64,000 nt of DNA from an uncultured Actinomycetes bacterium (GTDB lineage Bacteria; Actinomycetota; Acidimicrobiia; Spongiisociales; DATADW01), in the NCBI GenBank assembly GCA_963824995.1, contig CAWGRK010000006.1:132273-196272 (forward strand), given 5' to 3'. Shown one piece after another: positions 31,941 through 46,751 of the stretch. Made by a program: the position numbers and the translations under genes. The notes below the pieces were generated by a model, which saw only the letters and a program-made list of their open reading frames with translations, did no database searches and had not been told where the DNA came from. Position 1 is the stretch's first letter. Every line of letters begins with the position of its first letter.

Positions 31941-33350
31941 TCAGGTAACGCGCTCACCATCGGCTGCCAGCCAGCCGGGCTCGCGGTCGCCGAACTTCTC
32001 GAGCAGGTAATCGCGCGACGCCTCGACCGACCGGCGTGGACCATCGAGCGACGCCTTGAGCTTGAAGTCCTCTTTGAGGATGTCCCCGTTGACGAGGACA
32101 GTCTTGACATTGGAGATGTCGGCCGCGCAGACGACCGCGCCCACCGGGTCGATGACAGGGGCCATGTTCACGGCCGACCCGTCGAGGATCACGACATCCG
32201 CCTTCTTCCCAGGAGTGAGCGATCCCGTGCGGTCGGCGATGCCCGCCACCTCGGCTCCACCGATGGTCGCCCAGGAAAGCGCCTGACGCGAGGTGATCAG
32301 GCCGGGCGATGGCTCCAGACCATCGAGATCGGCATCCCAGGCAGCCTGGTGCTTGCGTCCACGCTCAGATCCAAACACGGCATGCATCTGGGTGAATTGG
32401 TCGGCCGAAGCCGTCGTGGCCACATCCGAAGAGAGCCCCACCGGCACCCCGTATTCGATCGCGGTGACCGCCGGCGCCCAGCCGTGTCCCATCTGGATCT
32501 CGATTTGTGGAGCCAAGCTGACATTTCCGCCGGAATCGGCGACGAGCTGCCACTCCTCATCGGTGAAGTGCGAGGCGTGGACGTAGGTCGTTCCCGGATA
32601 GAGAAGGTCCATGTCGCGCAGCGCCGTGACCTGGCCCTTGGTGTAGGCGAAACGATCCATGGCGACGTGCACTGTGATGTCGATGCCGAGTTCCTTGGCG
32701 AGTTCCCAGTCGTGGCGGACGACATCGGGCTTGCAGAAGCCCGGTCCCCTCGTCGCCAGACCCATGGTGATCAGACCGTCGTCCGAACTGAAGTACTGCG
32801 CTCGCAGACGGCGCGCCTCGTCACCGTCGGAGCTCAGGACGCTGCCGGTGTAGTCAGGGCCAAACCACCAGTCGACTAGTGAGGTGTTGGGGAACCCATA
32901 GGCGAACACCGATCTGATGCCGGTGTCCTGGAGGGCATGCACCGAGGCATCTGCGTGCTCTGGCGTGTTCATGATGTGCGCCCAGTCGACCAGCGTCGTG
33001 ATACCGGCGTTGATGCATTCCAGGGCACCCCATTGTGTGGCCGAGTGGACATCCTCAGCTCTGTAGTGAGGTGCGAACTTGTCGAGGATGGCGCTGAAAT
33101 ATGTGATGAGGGCGAAATCGGGAGCACAGGTGCGGATGCAGGTCTCCCAGGTATGGCGATGGGTGTCTATGAAGCCGGGAATGACGATGTCACCCGTGGC
33201 ATCGATGACCCGGGCGCCTTCGGTCGGCAGGTCGTCACCGATCCCGGCAATCTTGTCATCCTCGATGAGAACGTCTGCCCTCGGCATCTCGCCGAGGTCG
33301 GGATCCTGGGTGAGCACGATCCCGCCGCGGATGAGGACTCGGTCAGTCAC
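31941..33350 (-). CDS. Amidohydrolase family protein (deaminase/chlorohydrolase-like)
   Basis: [32 protein letters not shown]. Confidence 0.9.
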   Translation of the reverse strand: MTDRVLIRGGIVLTQDPDLGEMPRADVLIEDDKIAGIGDDLPTEGARVIDATGDIVIPGFIDTHRHTWETCIRTCAPDFALITYFSAILDKFAPHYRAEDVHSATQWGALECINAGITTLVDWAHIMNTPEHADASVHALQDTGIRSVFAYGFPNTSLVDWWFGPDYTGSVLSSDGDEARRLRAQYFSSDDGLITMGLATRGPGFCKPDVVRHDWELAKELGIDITVHVAMDRFAYTKGQVTALRDMDLLYPGTTYVHASHFTDEEWQLVADSGGNVSLAPQIEIQMGHGWAPAVTAIEYGVPVGLSSDVATTASADQFTQMHAVFGSERGRKHQAAWDADLDGLEPSPGLITSRQALSWATIGGAEVAGIADRTGSLTPGKKADVVILDGSAVNMAPVIDPVGAVVCAADISNVKTVLVNGDILKEDFKLKASLDGPRRSVEASRDYLLEKFGDREPGWLAADGERVT

Positions 33351-33459
33351 GGCTACCTCGCTTCTAGCTCAGATTGCCTGGCACGATGGGCCCGGGCCTC
33401 CCCCACGTGGCCTCGGACACATCCAACGAGATCGTACCCAGGTGTCGTGTCGAAGAGCT

Positions 33460-35840
<2,381 letters not shown>

Positions 35841-35863
35841 GATCGCGGCCGCATTGCCATCGG

Positions 35864-36199
35864 TTAGGGCTGCTGCCTCAACCCGATGGTGTTTCCGTCG
35901 CTGTCGGCCAGCTGCGCCACGAGCAGTCCCCCACCGACATCCTTCGCGTCGCTGGTGACCTGCCACCCCGCAGAACGGAGCTCATCGACTCTGGCAGCGA
36001 TGTCCTCTGTTTCCCAGTAGGCGATGGGGCCATTGCTGGAGCCATTCGGATCGAGTCCGATCTCGCGACCCTCTGTGCGGTACCCGACGTAGTAGGGCGA
36101 GTCGACGTATGGATCGGTACCGAGCAGTTGCGTGAACAGCTCCTTCGCCTTCTCGAGGTCTTTGACGGGATAGACGACCAATTGTTCGGTCATTGCCAT
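35864..36199 (-). CDS. VOC/glyoxalase family protein
   Basis: [30 protein letters not shown]. Confidence 0.85.
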   Translation of the reverse strand: MAMTEQLVVYPVKDLEKAKELFTQLLGTDPYVDSPYYVGYRTEGREIGLDPNGSSNGPIAYWETEDIAARVDELRSAGWQVTSDAKDVGGGLLVAQLADSDGNTIGLRQQP

Positions 36200-36697
36200 G
36201 ATTTGCCTCCCTTATGAGTCCCCGGCGTGTCAGCCCGTGACTCGACCGCCTTCTTTACGAGTGCACCGATCTTCTTCTCGTCGGCGGCGGTCAACTTCTT
36301 CAGTGCGAAGGCAGTCGGCCACATGCTGCCTTCGTCGAGGTTCGCCTCTTCGTTGAAGCCGAGCGTCGCATACCTCGTCTTGAACTTCGAAGCGGCTTGG
36401 AAGAAGCAGACGACCTTGCCGTCCCTGGCATACGCCGGCTGTCCGTACCAGAGCTTTGGCGTGAGCTCCGGCGCGTTGGCCTTGACGATCTCGTGGAGCC
36501 GCTCGCCCATGGCGCGATCCGATTCATCCATCTCGGCGATCTTCGCCAGCACGACGTCCTCGCCGCTCGCCTTGGCGCCCGACTTCACCTCCTGGGCGCG
36601 CTCCTTCATCGCGGCTCGTTCCTCTTCGGTGAAAGCCTTGGACGTCTTGCCTTTCGATGGTGGCCTTGGCGGACTCCGTGGCCTTTTGTGGGCTCAT
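36190..36697 (-). CDS. DUF1801 (YdhG-like) domain protein (indel near N-terminus; 3' end uncertain)
   Basis: [57 protein letters not shown]. Confidence 0.85.
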
Positions 36698-36735
36698 CGT
36701 TCTCTCCTGTGCAGGCGCTCCCGAGGCCGGACGAC

Positions 36736-37149
36736 TCAGCTGACCTCGAAGATGCGGATCATGTTGCCGGCGGGGTCACGGAAGGCGCAGTCGCGAACGC
36801 CCCATGGTTGGTCGGTCGGCTCCTGGACGACCTCGGCGTCGCTGGACTGCAGCTGTTCGAAGGTGCCATCGAGGTCCTTGGTGGCCAGGTTGATGCCGGC
36901 GTATGTGCCCTTGGCCATCATCTCGGTGATGGTGCGACGCTCTTCGTCGGTGATGCCAGGGTCGGCAGCCGGGCGGGTGCAGGACGATCGACGTGTCGGG
37001 CTGGTCGGCCGGGCCGACCGTGATCCAGTGCATCCCTTGGTACTCGACGTCGTTGCGGACCTCGAAGCCGAGAGTGTCGCGATAGAAGGCCAGGGACTCG
37101 TCTCAGGTCGTTGTGCGGGAGGTAAGGTCTGGTGAATGATGATGTCCAT
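36736..37149 (-). CDS. VOC family protein (frameshifted)
   Basis: MDIIIHQT.. / MHWITVGPADQPDTSIVL / ADPGITDEERRTITEMMAKG..QEPTDQPWGVRDCAFRDPAGN. Confidence 0.85.
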   Translation of the reverse strand: MDIIIHQTLPPAQRPETSPWPSIATLSASRSATTSSTKGCTGSRSARPTSPTRRSSCTRPAADPGITDEERRTITEMMAKGTYAGINLATKDLDGTFEQLQSSDAEVVQEPTDQPWGVRDCAFRDPAGNMIRIFEVS

Positions 37150-37154
37150 GGCGG

Positions 37155-37608
37155 TCAACCTATCGCGACTCGGGACTTCGGCGCTTCTCGATTCCTGACC
37201 GGTCTGGTGACTCGTTTCGCCACGCACGGCGGCATCCCCTCGCCCTCGATCGCGCCCTCTGCCCGGCGCCGGTAGACGCTCGGCGGCACGCCGACCAGTT
37301 CGGTGAAGCGTGTGCTGAAGGTGCCCAGCGACGAGCAGCCGACCGCGAAAGCAGACCTCGGTGACGCTGAGATCGCCCCGCCGCAGCAGCGCCATGGCGC
37401 GCTCGATGCGACGGGTCATCAGGTAGCTGTAGGGCGACTCGCCGTAGGCGAGCCGGAACTGGCGGCTGAGGTGACCCGCCGACATGTGCACGCCGCGAGC
37501 GAGCGCCTCGACGTCCAGCGGCTGGGCGTACTCACGGTCGATCCGGTCGCGAACACGGCGCAGCCACACGAGATCGCTCAGGTGCGAGGCGGCTGGTCCG
37601 CTGGTCAC
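37155..37608 (-). CDS. AraC-family HTH transcriptional regulator (frameshifted)
   Basis: LRRVRDRIDREYAQPLDVEALA..MSAGHLSRQF..YGESPYSYLMTRRIERAMALLRRG. Confidence 0.9.
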
Positions 37609-37683
37609 CGGCACGATCGTCCCACGTCGCACCAAGGTTGTCTAGCGCCGCTGCAACGCCCCTCAGTCGCGCTCGAAGACCCT

Positions 37684-38590
37684 TCACCACCGAGTCGAGC
37701 GGGGCGATGCGGCGAGCGAACCCACGCCAATCGCGAGTTGCGCCGCGAGGAGGATCACGATCGAGACCACATCGTGACCACCACCGAGGGCGATGATGGC
37801 CGCGGACAGCAGGAAGACTCCGCCGCGGGCAGTGCGTAGCCGACCGGTAGATATCGGCGCCCGGGTGGCGTCGCATGTCACCGCGGGCTGGCGGGTCCGT
37901 GCCCAGGCGATCAACCCGCCCGATCAACCCGAGGCCGGCGATCCAGGTACTCGATGGCCATCGGCAACCGCCACGTCTCGTCCAGGGTCATCAGGTCACC
38001 CCATGCCAGTCACGGTGGCCGCCAGCACCTCACTGCGGCGACGTAGACGAAGCGGCGGTCGCTGGTGCGCCGGGCGACCCCGATCAGAGCCAATCCGAAG
38101 GCGATGACGGTGAGCCAGTTGGCACGGTCCCCCCAGGACAGGGCCGTAGCCACCGCCCCAACGACGGCGGCGTCGGTCAGCATCGGTTCGAGCCCGACGG
38201 TCCCGACCTGGATTCGCGCCGGTGACCACGACGATGGCGGTGAGGCCGATCGATGGGTTGGCCAGCAGCGTCCCGCCCCATCCGACGGCGAGTGCCGTCC
38301 CGGCGATGCCCGGCGAGCGCCGCAGCCACCATCGATGTCCAGTGCTGGTCGGGGTCGAGCTCGCGGGCGAGCGCCCATCCGGTGAAGCCGATCCAGCGGC
38401 GACGAATGCCTCCCAGAGGATGGCTCGCCACGGGTCTCCGTCGCGAGGGCCGACCCCCCGCCGGTGACGCCGGCGACGACGGTGACCGCGATGGCGAATC
38501 CTGGTTGCAGGAAGCCGGAAATCGAAGCCCGCGCCCCAGATGTGTGATCCGGAAGAGGAGTGGCTTGCGCCGCGGAGCCTGGTTCACCCA
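37684..38590 (-). pseudogene. Fragmented hydrophobic membrane-protein coding sequence(s)
   Basis: Several hydrophobic segments in different minus frames (FAIAVTVVAGV, WLTVIAFGLALIGV, VVSIVILLAAQL); no continuous ORF. Confidence 0.35.
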
Positions 38591-38599
38591 GAGGTCCGC

Positions 38600-40411
38600 T
38601 CGCCGGCTCGCTTTTGTGCCTCCCCTGACCGCGTACGCCGAGTGGATCAGCCCGACGTGGCTGAATGCCTGCGGGAAGTTTCCCAAGCAGCGATCCGTCC
38701 TGGCCCACCTCTTCCGAGAAAAGGCCCAGATCGTTGGCATGGCTCAGCGCCCTGTCTATCAGCCGGACGGCCCGGTCGATCTCGTCGGCGAGGGCAAACG
38801 CCTCGGCCAGCCAGAAGGTGCAAAGCAGGAAAGATCCCTCGTCTCCCCGCAGCCCGTCGCTGGCGATGTAACGCATGACCAACCCGCGCTCGTCGAGCAG
38901 CCCTCGCTCCACCGCTTCGATGGTCGCCAGCACCTTGGGGTCGCGAGGCGGGAGCAGACCGCATATCGAGATGAGGAGGACGGATGCATCCAATTCGTGC
39001 GGCCGAACGCCTGGGTGAAAGCCCCGACCTCATCGTCCCATCCCTCCTCGAGAATCGCCGTCCTGATCCTCTGCGCCTCGTGGCGCCACTCGCCGGCCCG
39101 GTCGGCTGCATCCAGGTCGGTGGCGAGCTCGGAGGCGCGGTCGAGTGCCACCCAGCACAGCAGCTTTGACGACAGGAAGTGCCGCGGCTCGTCGCGTATC
39201 TCCCAGATTCCGTGATCGGGTTTCTCCCACACCGATGCGGCGGCGTCGGCGACCTCGGTGAAGAACCGTCGCACCTCCGGGGCGAGCCTGGGGAGCTTTC
39301 GCGGTAGAGCAGGGCGGCATCGAGGAGGTGACCGAAGACGTCGTTCTGGCGCTGCGACCATGCTCCGTTCCCCACCCGGACCGGGCGGCTACCGCCCCAT
39401 CCCCCAAGATGATCGAGCGAACGCTCGGAGAGGTCACGCTCTCCCCCGACGCCGTACATGATCTGGAGCGGACGTTCCCGGGCGAGGTCGCCTGCCGCGG
39501 CGAACACCATCCATGTGAAGAACCGGTGCACCTCGTCCGGGCAAGCGGCCACCCACATGGCGTGGAGGGTGAGGCTGGCGTCGCGCACCCACGAATAGCG
39601 GTAGTCCCAGTTGCGCACTCCGCCCGGGTCCTCGGGGAGCGACGTCGTGGGTGCTGCGACCATGGCGCCGGTGGGCGCATAGGTGAGCGCCTGGAGGACC
39701 CTTCCCGAGAAGCGCACCTCCTCGCCCCATGGGCCGGTGTAGTTGACATGCGCTGCCGCCCACCCCTGCCAGGCGCTGACGTCTCTTCCAGAGCGCCGCC
39801 GTGATCTGTCGGAGGTGAGGGTGGGAGGATCTCTTCCCAGGTCGGATCGGTGCTGGAGGGCAAACCCCAGCTCCTCCCCGTCCTCGATCGCGATGCTCGC
39901 CTTGGCCCCGCCGAGGACCGGGTCGAGCGGGACCGGGCTCGACAGGGCGAGCAGCACCGCTCCCCCTCTGAATACGATCCCGCCGGGCACGGCCATGGAG
40001 AGCGGCATGACCAACCCGAACTCGGGCCGGGGCCGGCAGTGGAAGTGCATCTCGACGCTGCCGGCGACGCAGCGCACCACCCGAAGCAGGAGATGTGGCG
40101 AATCCCGCCCCAGGTCATGGTGGCGCGGAGCCGCCACCAGGGCGAGGGCGTCGGTGACGGTCACCTCCCCGGTCTCGGTGGTGAAAGTCGTTTCGAGCAC
40201 CATCGTGTCGTCGAGATAACGACGGGTGGTCGTCGCCCGGGCCGCCGGTCGCAACTCCCAGCACCCACCGTCCTCGTCGAGGAGGCGGGCACACACCGCA
40301 GGTGAGTCGAAGCGCGGGCATGCATAGCCAATCGATGGAGCCGTCTCTGGCGACGAGTGCGCTCGACTGGCAGTCGGAGAGCAGCCCGTAGTCGGCGATC
40401 GGCCGGGACAT
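38600..40411 (-). CDS. Glycoside hydrolase family 15 (trehalase/glucoamylase-like), multiple frameshifts; 3' end approximate
   Basis: [75 protein letters not shown]. Confidence 0.88.
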
Positions 40412-40440
40412 CGGCCGTCAAGCTACCGCCGCGGCCGGAG

Positions 40441-41934
40441 CTACCTCTTGACCGGTGCCGCCATTCGATCAAGCTCTTCGGCAGCCTTGGCGATGTTGCG
40501 CTGCATTCCGCCGAATACGACACCGTGGAAGGGCGAGATGATCAGCCAATAGAGGTGGCCGGCCAGACCGTGGGGGTGAAATAGAGCTCGCTGGCGGAAC
40601 CTGGTGCGACCTTCGTCGTCCGACCCCACGGTTAGTTCCAACCAGGCAAGCCCGGGAAGACGCATTTCGGCGCGTAACCGAAGTAGCCGGAAGTCCTCGA
40701 TTTCCTCCACTCGCCACCAGTCGAGCGCGTCGCCGACCGCCAGATCGAAGGGGTGGCGGCGCCCGCGCCGCAATCCCGGTCCTCCGACAGCGCGGTCGAG
40801 TACAGCTCGAACGGCCCACGCAAGCGGCCATGAATACCAGCCGTTCCGCCCCCCGATCCCTTCTACGACCTGCCAGACGCTCTCTGGGGTCGCCTGGACC
40901 GTGCACTCCCGGTCATCGACATACAAGTCGCCCCCTGCCCAGTCGGGGTCCGTAGGGAGGGGCTCGCTTGGGGCGCCGATGGGATCGGCGGAAGACCATG
41001 TGGTGGCAACGTCGAACTCGCGGATACGGGTCAAGGCCAGGGAGATTGCTTGCTCCACACCAATGAGCCCGTCAGGCGGGTCCGGCACCCAACGGGCAAT
41101 GTCGCGTTCTTTGCTGACAACCTCGTGGACGAGACTGTCGACGAGTGGCCGGGCGATGCTGCTGGGAACCGGAGTCACCAGCCCGACCCACAGGCTCGAG
41201 AGCCGAGGCGACATGACCGGGACAGAGAGGATGCGACGAGGCGGTAGATCGGCCGCGCGGGCGTGTATCTGGATGAGCTGGCGGTAGGTGACGACGTCTG
41301 GGCCACCGATGTCAAAGGCGCGGTTGACTTCGAGCGGGATATCTGCCGCGCCTACGAGGTAATGAAGCACATCACGAATGGCGATGGGCTGCATACGCGT
41401 ATCGATCCACCTGGGTGTGACCATGATCGGTAGCCGCTCTGTGAGATGTCGAAGCATCTCGAACGAGGCCGACCCTGATCCGAGGATGACGGCCGCCTGC
41501 AGGACCACGGCAGGAACACCCGAAGCCAAAAGGATCTCACCGACTTCCCGTCGCGATTCGAGGTGCGCGGAAAGGCTTTCTTGCTCTGGATAGAGCCCGC
41601 CTAGGTAGACGATACGTCGGATCCCGGCAGATTCCGCCCCACGGGCAAAACTGCTCGCCGTGGCGCGGTCGGTACTCTCGAAGTGACGACCACTCCCGAG
41701 GCTGTGCACCAAGTAGTACGTCAGCTCGGCACCCTTCCCGGCTCGCTCGACATCTTCTGAGTTGGCCGCATCCCCCTGGACGACCTCTACTCCTTCGCGC
41801 CACGGTTGGTCTCTCAATTTCGCTGTATTCCGGGCCAGGCACCGCACCCGAAAACCGGCAGCGAGCAGTTGCGGAACCAGGCGCCCTCCGATGTAGCCGC
41901 TAGCTCCGGTGACCAATGCCAGCCGGTCATTCAT
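40441..41934 (-). CDS. SDR/NAD(P)-binding oxidoreductase with C-terminal DUF2867 (YbjT-like)
   Basis: TGASGYIGGRL, YYLVHSL, GSGSASFEM, DWWRVE..LRLRAEMRLPG. Confidence 0.9.
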   Translation of the reverse strand: MNDRLALVTGASGYIGGRLVPQLLAAGFRVRCLARNTAKLRDQPWREGVEVVQGDAANSEDVERAGKGAELTYYLVHSLGSGRHFESTDRATASSFARGAESAGIRRIVYLGGLYPEQESLSAHLESRREVGEILLASGVPAVVLQAAVILGSGSASFEMLRHLTERLPIMVTPRWIDTRMQPIAIRDVLHYLVGAADIPLEVNRAFDIGGPDVVTYRQLIQIHARAADLPPRRILSVPVMSPRLSSLWVGLVTPVPSSIARPLVDSLVHEVVSKERDIARWVPDPPDGLIGVEQAISLALTRIREFDVATTWSSADPIGAPSEPLPTDPDWAGGDLYVDDRECTVQATPESVWQVVEGIGGRNGWYSWPLAWAVRAVLDRAVGGPGLRRGRRHPFDLAVGDALDWWRVEEIEDFRLLRLRAEMRLPGLAWLELTVGSDDEGRTRFRQRALFHPHGLAGHLYWLIISPFHGVVFGGMQRNIAKAAEELDRMAAPVKR

Positions 41935-42055
41935 CGTCGAAGTCTGACCCGAGTGGGTGGCTACGCAAGCCGATGAAACGGTCAGCGCCCGGTTTGGCCT
42001 TCGCCGCTGGGTGGCTCACCGGACCGCTCGAACTAGGGGCGCCGGGGTGACTGCC

Positions 42056-42084
42056 TTGACGGTGACCCGGCGGGGTGGCACACT
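42056..42084 (+). promoter_or_regulatory. Sigma-A-type promoter of the riboswitch-osmC-metY transcript
   Basis: TTGACG - 17 bp - CACACT with TGG extension. Confidence 0.6.
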
Positions 42085-42101
42085 CCCCGCCACTACAACG
42101 C

Positions 42102-42198
42102 GCTTATCCAGAGCGGTGGAGGGACGGGCCCTTTGAAGCCGCGGCAACCGGAAGCTCCCACCAGGAGCAACACCGGTGCCAATGCCCGATCGATGAGC
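42102..42198 (+). ncRNA. SAM riboswitch (SAM-I clan, probably SAM-I/IV variant lacking P4)
   Basis: CTTATCCAGAGCGGTGGAGGGACGGGCCCTTTGAAGCCGCGGCAACC...GGTGCCAATGCC...GATGAG; P1 GCTTATC/GATGAGC; upstream of metY. Confidence 0.9.
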
Positions 42199-42261
42199 AG
42201 CCGACAGCGGGACTCCCGCTCGAGGCGCCGGAGAGCGCGTCGAGAACAGAGGAGGACCGTT

Positions 42262-42366
42262 GTGATCGATAGCTGGCACCATCCTTTCCGCTCCCCCGCG
42301 TGTATCTGTCCTTTTGTGATGTGTGCGCGCTCTCGGGCGGCCGTCCCGTCGGCCGCGGCGGGCTGA
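42262..42366 (+). CDS. Cys-rich leader peptide (34 aa, MIDSWHHPFRSPACICPFVMCARSRAAVPSAAAG)
   Basis: GAGGAGG RBS 6 nt before GTG; three TGT Cys codons and one Met; 42304-42313 is the exact reverse complement of 42434-42443, the osmC SD region. Confidence 0.7.
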   Translation: MIDSWHHPFRSPACICPFVMCARSRAAVPSAAAG

Positions 42367-42394
42367 AGCCCCGCCGGTCGCCCGAGAGCATTTT
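42329..42394 (+). terminator. Strong hairpin in the leader (attenuator or terminator-like)
   Basis: GCTCTCGGGCGGCCG (42329-42343) pairs with CGGTCGCCCGAGAGC (42375-42389), followed by ATTTT. Confidence 0.5.
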
Positions 42395-42445
42395 CCGCAG
42401 CGCGGGGCTGCGCCATTTCAATTTGCCTCTTGGAAGGACAGATCC

Positions 42446-44280
<1,835 letters not shown>

Positions 44281-44298
44281 ACCCGGGCCTGCCGACCT

Positions 44299-45027
44299 CT
44301 AGGTGAGGCGGTATACGGAGACATGCCCGGTGGAGGCGGCGGTGAAGGCTGAGCCTTCCCAGTCGCCCCATCGGGCATCCAACTCCATACCGGCGAGCTG
44401 TGCCATCAGGTCCAGCTCGGCCGGCCAGGCGTAGCGGATCACCACGGGTCTCAGCCTCGCACCAGCCTCGTCGAGAACGATGTGCTGGACCGTGACGATC
44501 TGCTCCACGGTGTCGATGATCGACGCCTCGAGCCTCACCTGCGTGGCCTCGGTCTCGGCGACAGCGACACGTTGGCCGCGGTCGAACCTGGTGAGGTCGG
44601 GGACGAAGGCCTCGAGGACGAAGACCCCACCCGGCTCGAGCCTGCTGGCCACATTGCGGAAGCACCGGATCTGGTCCTCCTGGGTGAGGAGGGCAAACAA
44701 CGTGTTGAAAACGATGAAGATGAGGCCGAACTTTCCTTCGACGGGTACTTCGGAGAAGTCGCCCATGGTCACCGGGATCCGGTCCCCTCCCTGCTTGGTC
44801 CGGAGGCGGGCGACCATGTCCTCCGACACGTCAACTCCGTGGATGTCCACGCCCTTCGAGGCAAGCGGCAACGCCACCCGCCCGGTGCCGATGGCCAACT
44901 CGAGTACCCGCCTCTCCCCCGCCATTTCGGCCAGCCGGTCGATCATTGCCGCCGGCGCATCCGGGTACCACTGGTCGTACACGTCGGCGATCCGCTCTCC
45001 GTATGTGTCGGGCCCGTACTCCTCCAT
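44299..45027 (-). CDS. Class I SAM-dependent methyltransferase
   Basis: VLELAIGTGRV, GVDVSEDM, GDF, LEPGGVFVLE. Confidence 0.9.
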   Translation of the reverse strand: MEEYGPDTYGERIADVYDQWYPDAPAAMIDRLAEMAGERRVLELAIGTGRVALPLASKGVDIHGVDVSEDMVARLRTKQGGDRIPVTMGDFSEVPVEGKFGLIFIVFNTLFALLTQEDQIRCFRNVASRLEPGGVFVLEAFVPDLTRFDRGQRVAVAETEATQVRLEASIIDTVEQIVTVQHIVLDEAGARLRPVVIRYAWPAELDLMAQLAGMELDARWGDWEGSAFTAASTGHVSVYRLT

Positions 45028-45092
45028 GGGCGAATCGTGCCAGACGGGAACCGGGTGGCAGGCCCATTTCCGCACCGATCTACGCTGCAGGG

Positions 45093-45593
45093 GTGACCGC
45101 AGCCTCCAATGTCATCGCCGCGCTCGACGGCGCCGGGGTGTCGTACGAGGTGATGCCCTGCGACCCGGCGCTCGCCGACACCGCAGCCTTTTGCGAGGCT
45201 TACGGCATACCTCCGGAGCGCTCGGCCAATGCCATCCTCGTTGCCTCGCGACGACCCGCTGGCGAGCGAGCCGTGTGTGTGGCACTCGCCAACACGAGGC
45301 TCGATGTCAACCGGACGGTGCGTCAGCGGCTCGGTGTGAAGAAGGCCTCTTTCGCCTCTCCCGAGGAGACGGTCGAGGCAACCGGGATGACCATCGGCGG
45401 GGTCACGCCGCTCGGACTCCCTGATGGGCTCAGGGTCTGGCTCGACACTGCGGTGATGACCCCCGACTGGGTGATCGTCGGCGCCGGCACGCGAGCGGCG
45501 AAGATCCGGCTATCCCCACCAGATCTGGTGCGGGCATCCGGTGGCGAGGTAGTGGTCGGGCTGGCCCGCCCCTTCGAGACGACTGCCGTTTAG
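45093..45593 (+). CDS. YbaK/EbsC (aminoacyl-tRNA deacylase-like) family protein
   Basis: DTAAFCE, KASFA..TGMTIGGVTPLGLP, GAGTR. Confidence 0.88.
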   Translation: MTAASNVIAALDGAGVSYEVMPCDPALADTAAFCEAYGIPPERSANAILVASRRPAGERAVCVALANTRLDVNRTVRQRLGVKKASFASPEETVEATGMTIGGVTPLGLPDGLRVWLDTAVMTPDWVIVGAGTRAAKIRLSPPDLVRASGGEVVVGLARPFETTAV

Positions 45594-46342
45594 GGCCCGG
45601 CGCTCCGGGCCCTCCTGCGCACCAATATCACATACCCGACGACCCCGACAACGGCGAAGGCAAACCACTGGATGGCGTATGCGAGGTGGTTGCCCTCGTC
45701 GTCGGTTGCCGGCGGGCCCAGCGGGACCGGCAGGTCGCCGGGATTGGCCGGGTCCACCGTGAATAGGTCCACCGATACGGGTGCCAGTTCGTCCTCGCTC
45801 TGCTGCTGGATCCGCGGGATGTCGAGCCTGCTGAGGACCGTCAGCTCACCCTGAACCGGATCTGCCGGACCGAGACCGGACCGCTCCTGGCTGAGCCGGA
45901 CGAGACCCTCGACCACGACCCGGCCGTCGGGCGGTGCGGCAGGCACCGGTGGCTCGTCCATATCCATGGGGACCCAGCCCCGGTTGACCAGCACGACATC
46001 GCCGCCGGGGGTCTGAAGCGGAGTGACCACGTGGAATCCGGCCACACCGTCGAGTGTTCGGGACCGCAAGAGCACCTCGCCGGTCGGGTCGAAAGTCCCG
46101 CTCACGGTGACAGGGTGGTACTCGATGGCGCCGAGGTCCTCCCCCACCGCCTCGAGCATCACCGCGAGATCCTCTGGTGGAAGGGCGAGCCTGGCGGCCA
46201 GCAGTTGATTCTCCTGGCGCGCATCGTCGAGCCTCCGGAGCTGCCAGAACCCGAGGTTGATGAACAATCCGGCGATGAGCACCACCGCCGAGGTGGCGAA
46301 GATCCATCGTGGATTGCGGAGGAACTGGTACACGCCAGGCAT
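45590..46342 (-). CDS. SURF1 family protein
   Basis: LGFWQLRR, GFHVVTPL, VLVNRGWVP, NHLAYAIQWF. Confidence 0.93.
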   Translation of the reverse strand: MPGVYQFLRNPRWIFATSAVVLIAGLFINLGFWQLRRLDDARQENQLLAARLALPPEDLAVMLEAVGEDLGAIEYHPVTVSGTFDPTGEVLLRSRTLDGVAGFHVVTPLQTPGGDVVLVNRGWVPMDMDEPPVPAAPPDGRVVVEGLVRLSQERSGLGPADPVQGELTVLSRLDIPRIQQQSEDELAPVSVDLFTVDPANPGDLPVPLGPPATDDEGNHLAYAIQWFAFAVVGVVGYVILVRRRARSAGP

Positions 46343-46363
46343 GATGATCGCTCCGGCCCGGAA

Positions 46364-46420
46364 TACTCCCCAACCCAGGGTTGGCAGCTACCTCCTGGGT
46401 ACTCCCCAACCCAGGGTTGG
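46364..46420. repeat. ~57-bp palindromic REP-like dispersed repeat, copy 2
   Basis: TACTCCCCAACCCAGGGTTGG-CAGCTACCTCCTGGG-TACTCCCCAACCCAGGGTTGG. Confidence 0.85.
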
Positions 46421-46627
46421 TCAGCTGGCAGCCAAGTCGGGTGGCCGCGCATCCAGCAGGGTTCGGGCCATATCCACCGGGTCGGAATCGGAGGAGAGCC
46501 CGATCGGGCGGTCGAGCCAGTCCTGGAGCTGTGGGGCGCTCGCCTCTCCGCGCTCGATGAGCAGGCGTGCAAGATCGTCGCTCCACATCCACGCCACAGG
46601 ACACCTCCGCTCGATCAACGAACCCAA
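46421..46627 (-). CDS. Small hypothetical protein (start uncertain)
   Basis: Fills the gap between ggt and SURF1 on the same strand; protein-like composition; no recognisable motif. Confidence 0.35.
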   Translation of the reverse strand: MGSLIERRCPVAWMWSDDLARLLIERGEASAPQLQDWLDRPIGLSSDSDPVDMARTLLDARPPDLAAS

Positions 46628-46751
46628 AGTGAGCGCGGCAGGCCAAGGCTCCGGTGGGTCAGCGCTGGCCAGCGGGCTCGCTGGACCGGCTCAACGTACC
46701 CCCCATTGTCAACCCCCCTCTCACCTGGGGAAGCACACCGTCGTGGTTCGA

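Noticed and set aside
46364..46420. Repeat-spacer-repeat pattern with 36-bp period as a mini CRISPR array
   Set aside because: Only two 21-bp units, the 15-bp spacer is the same at both loci, and no cas genes are in the window
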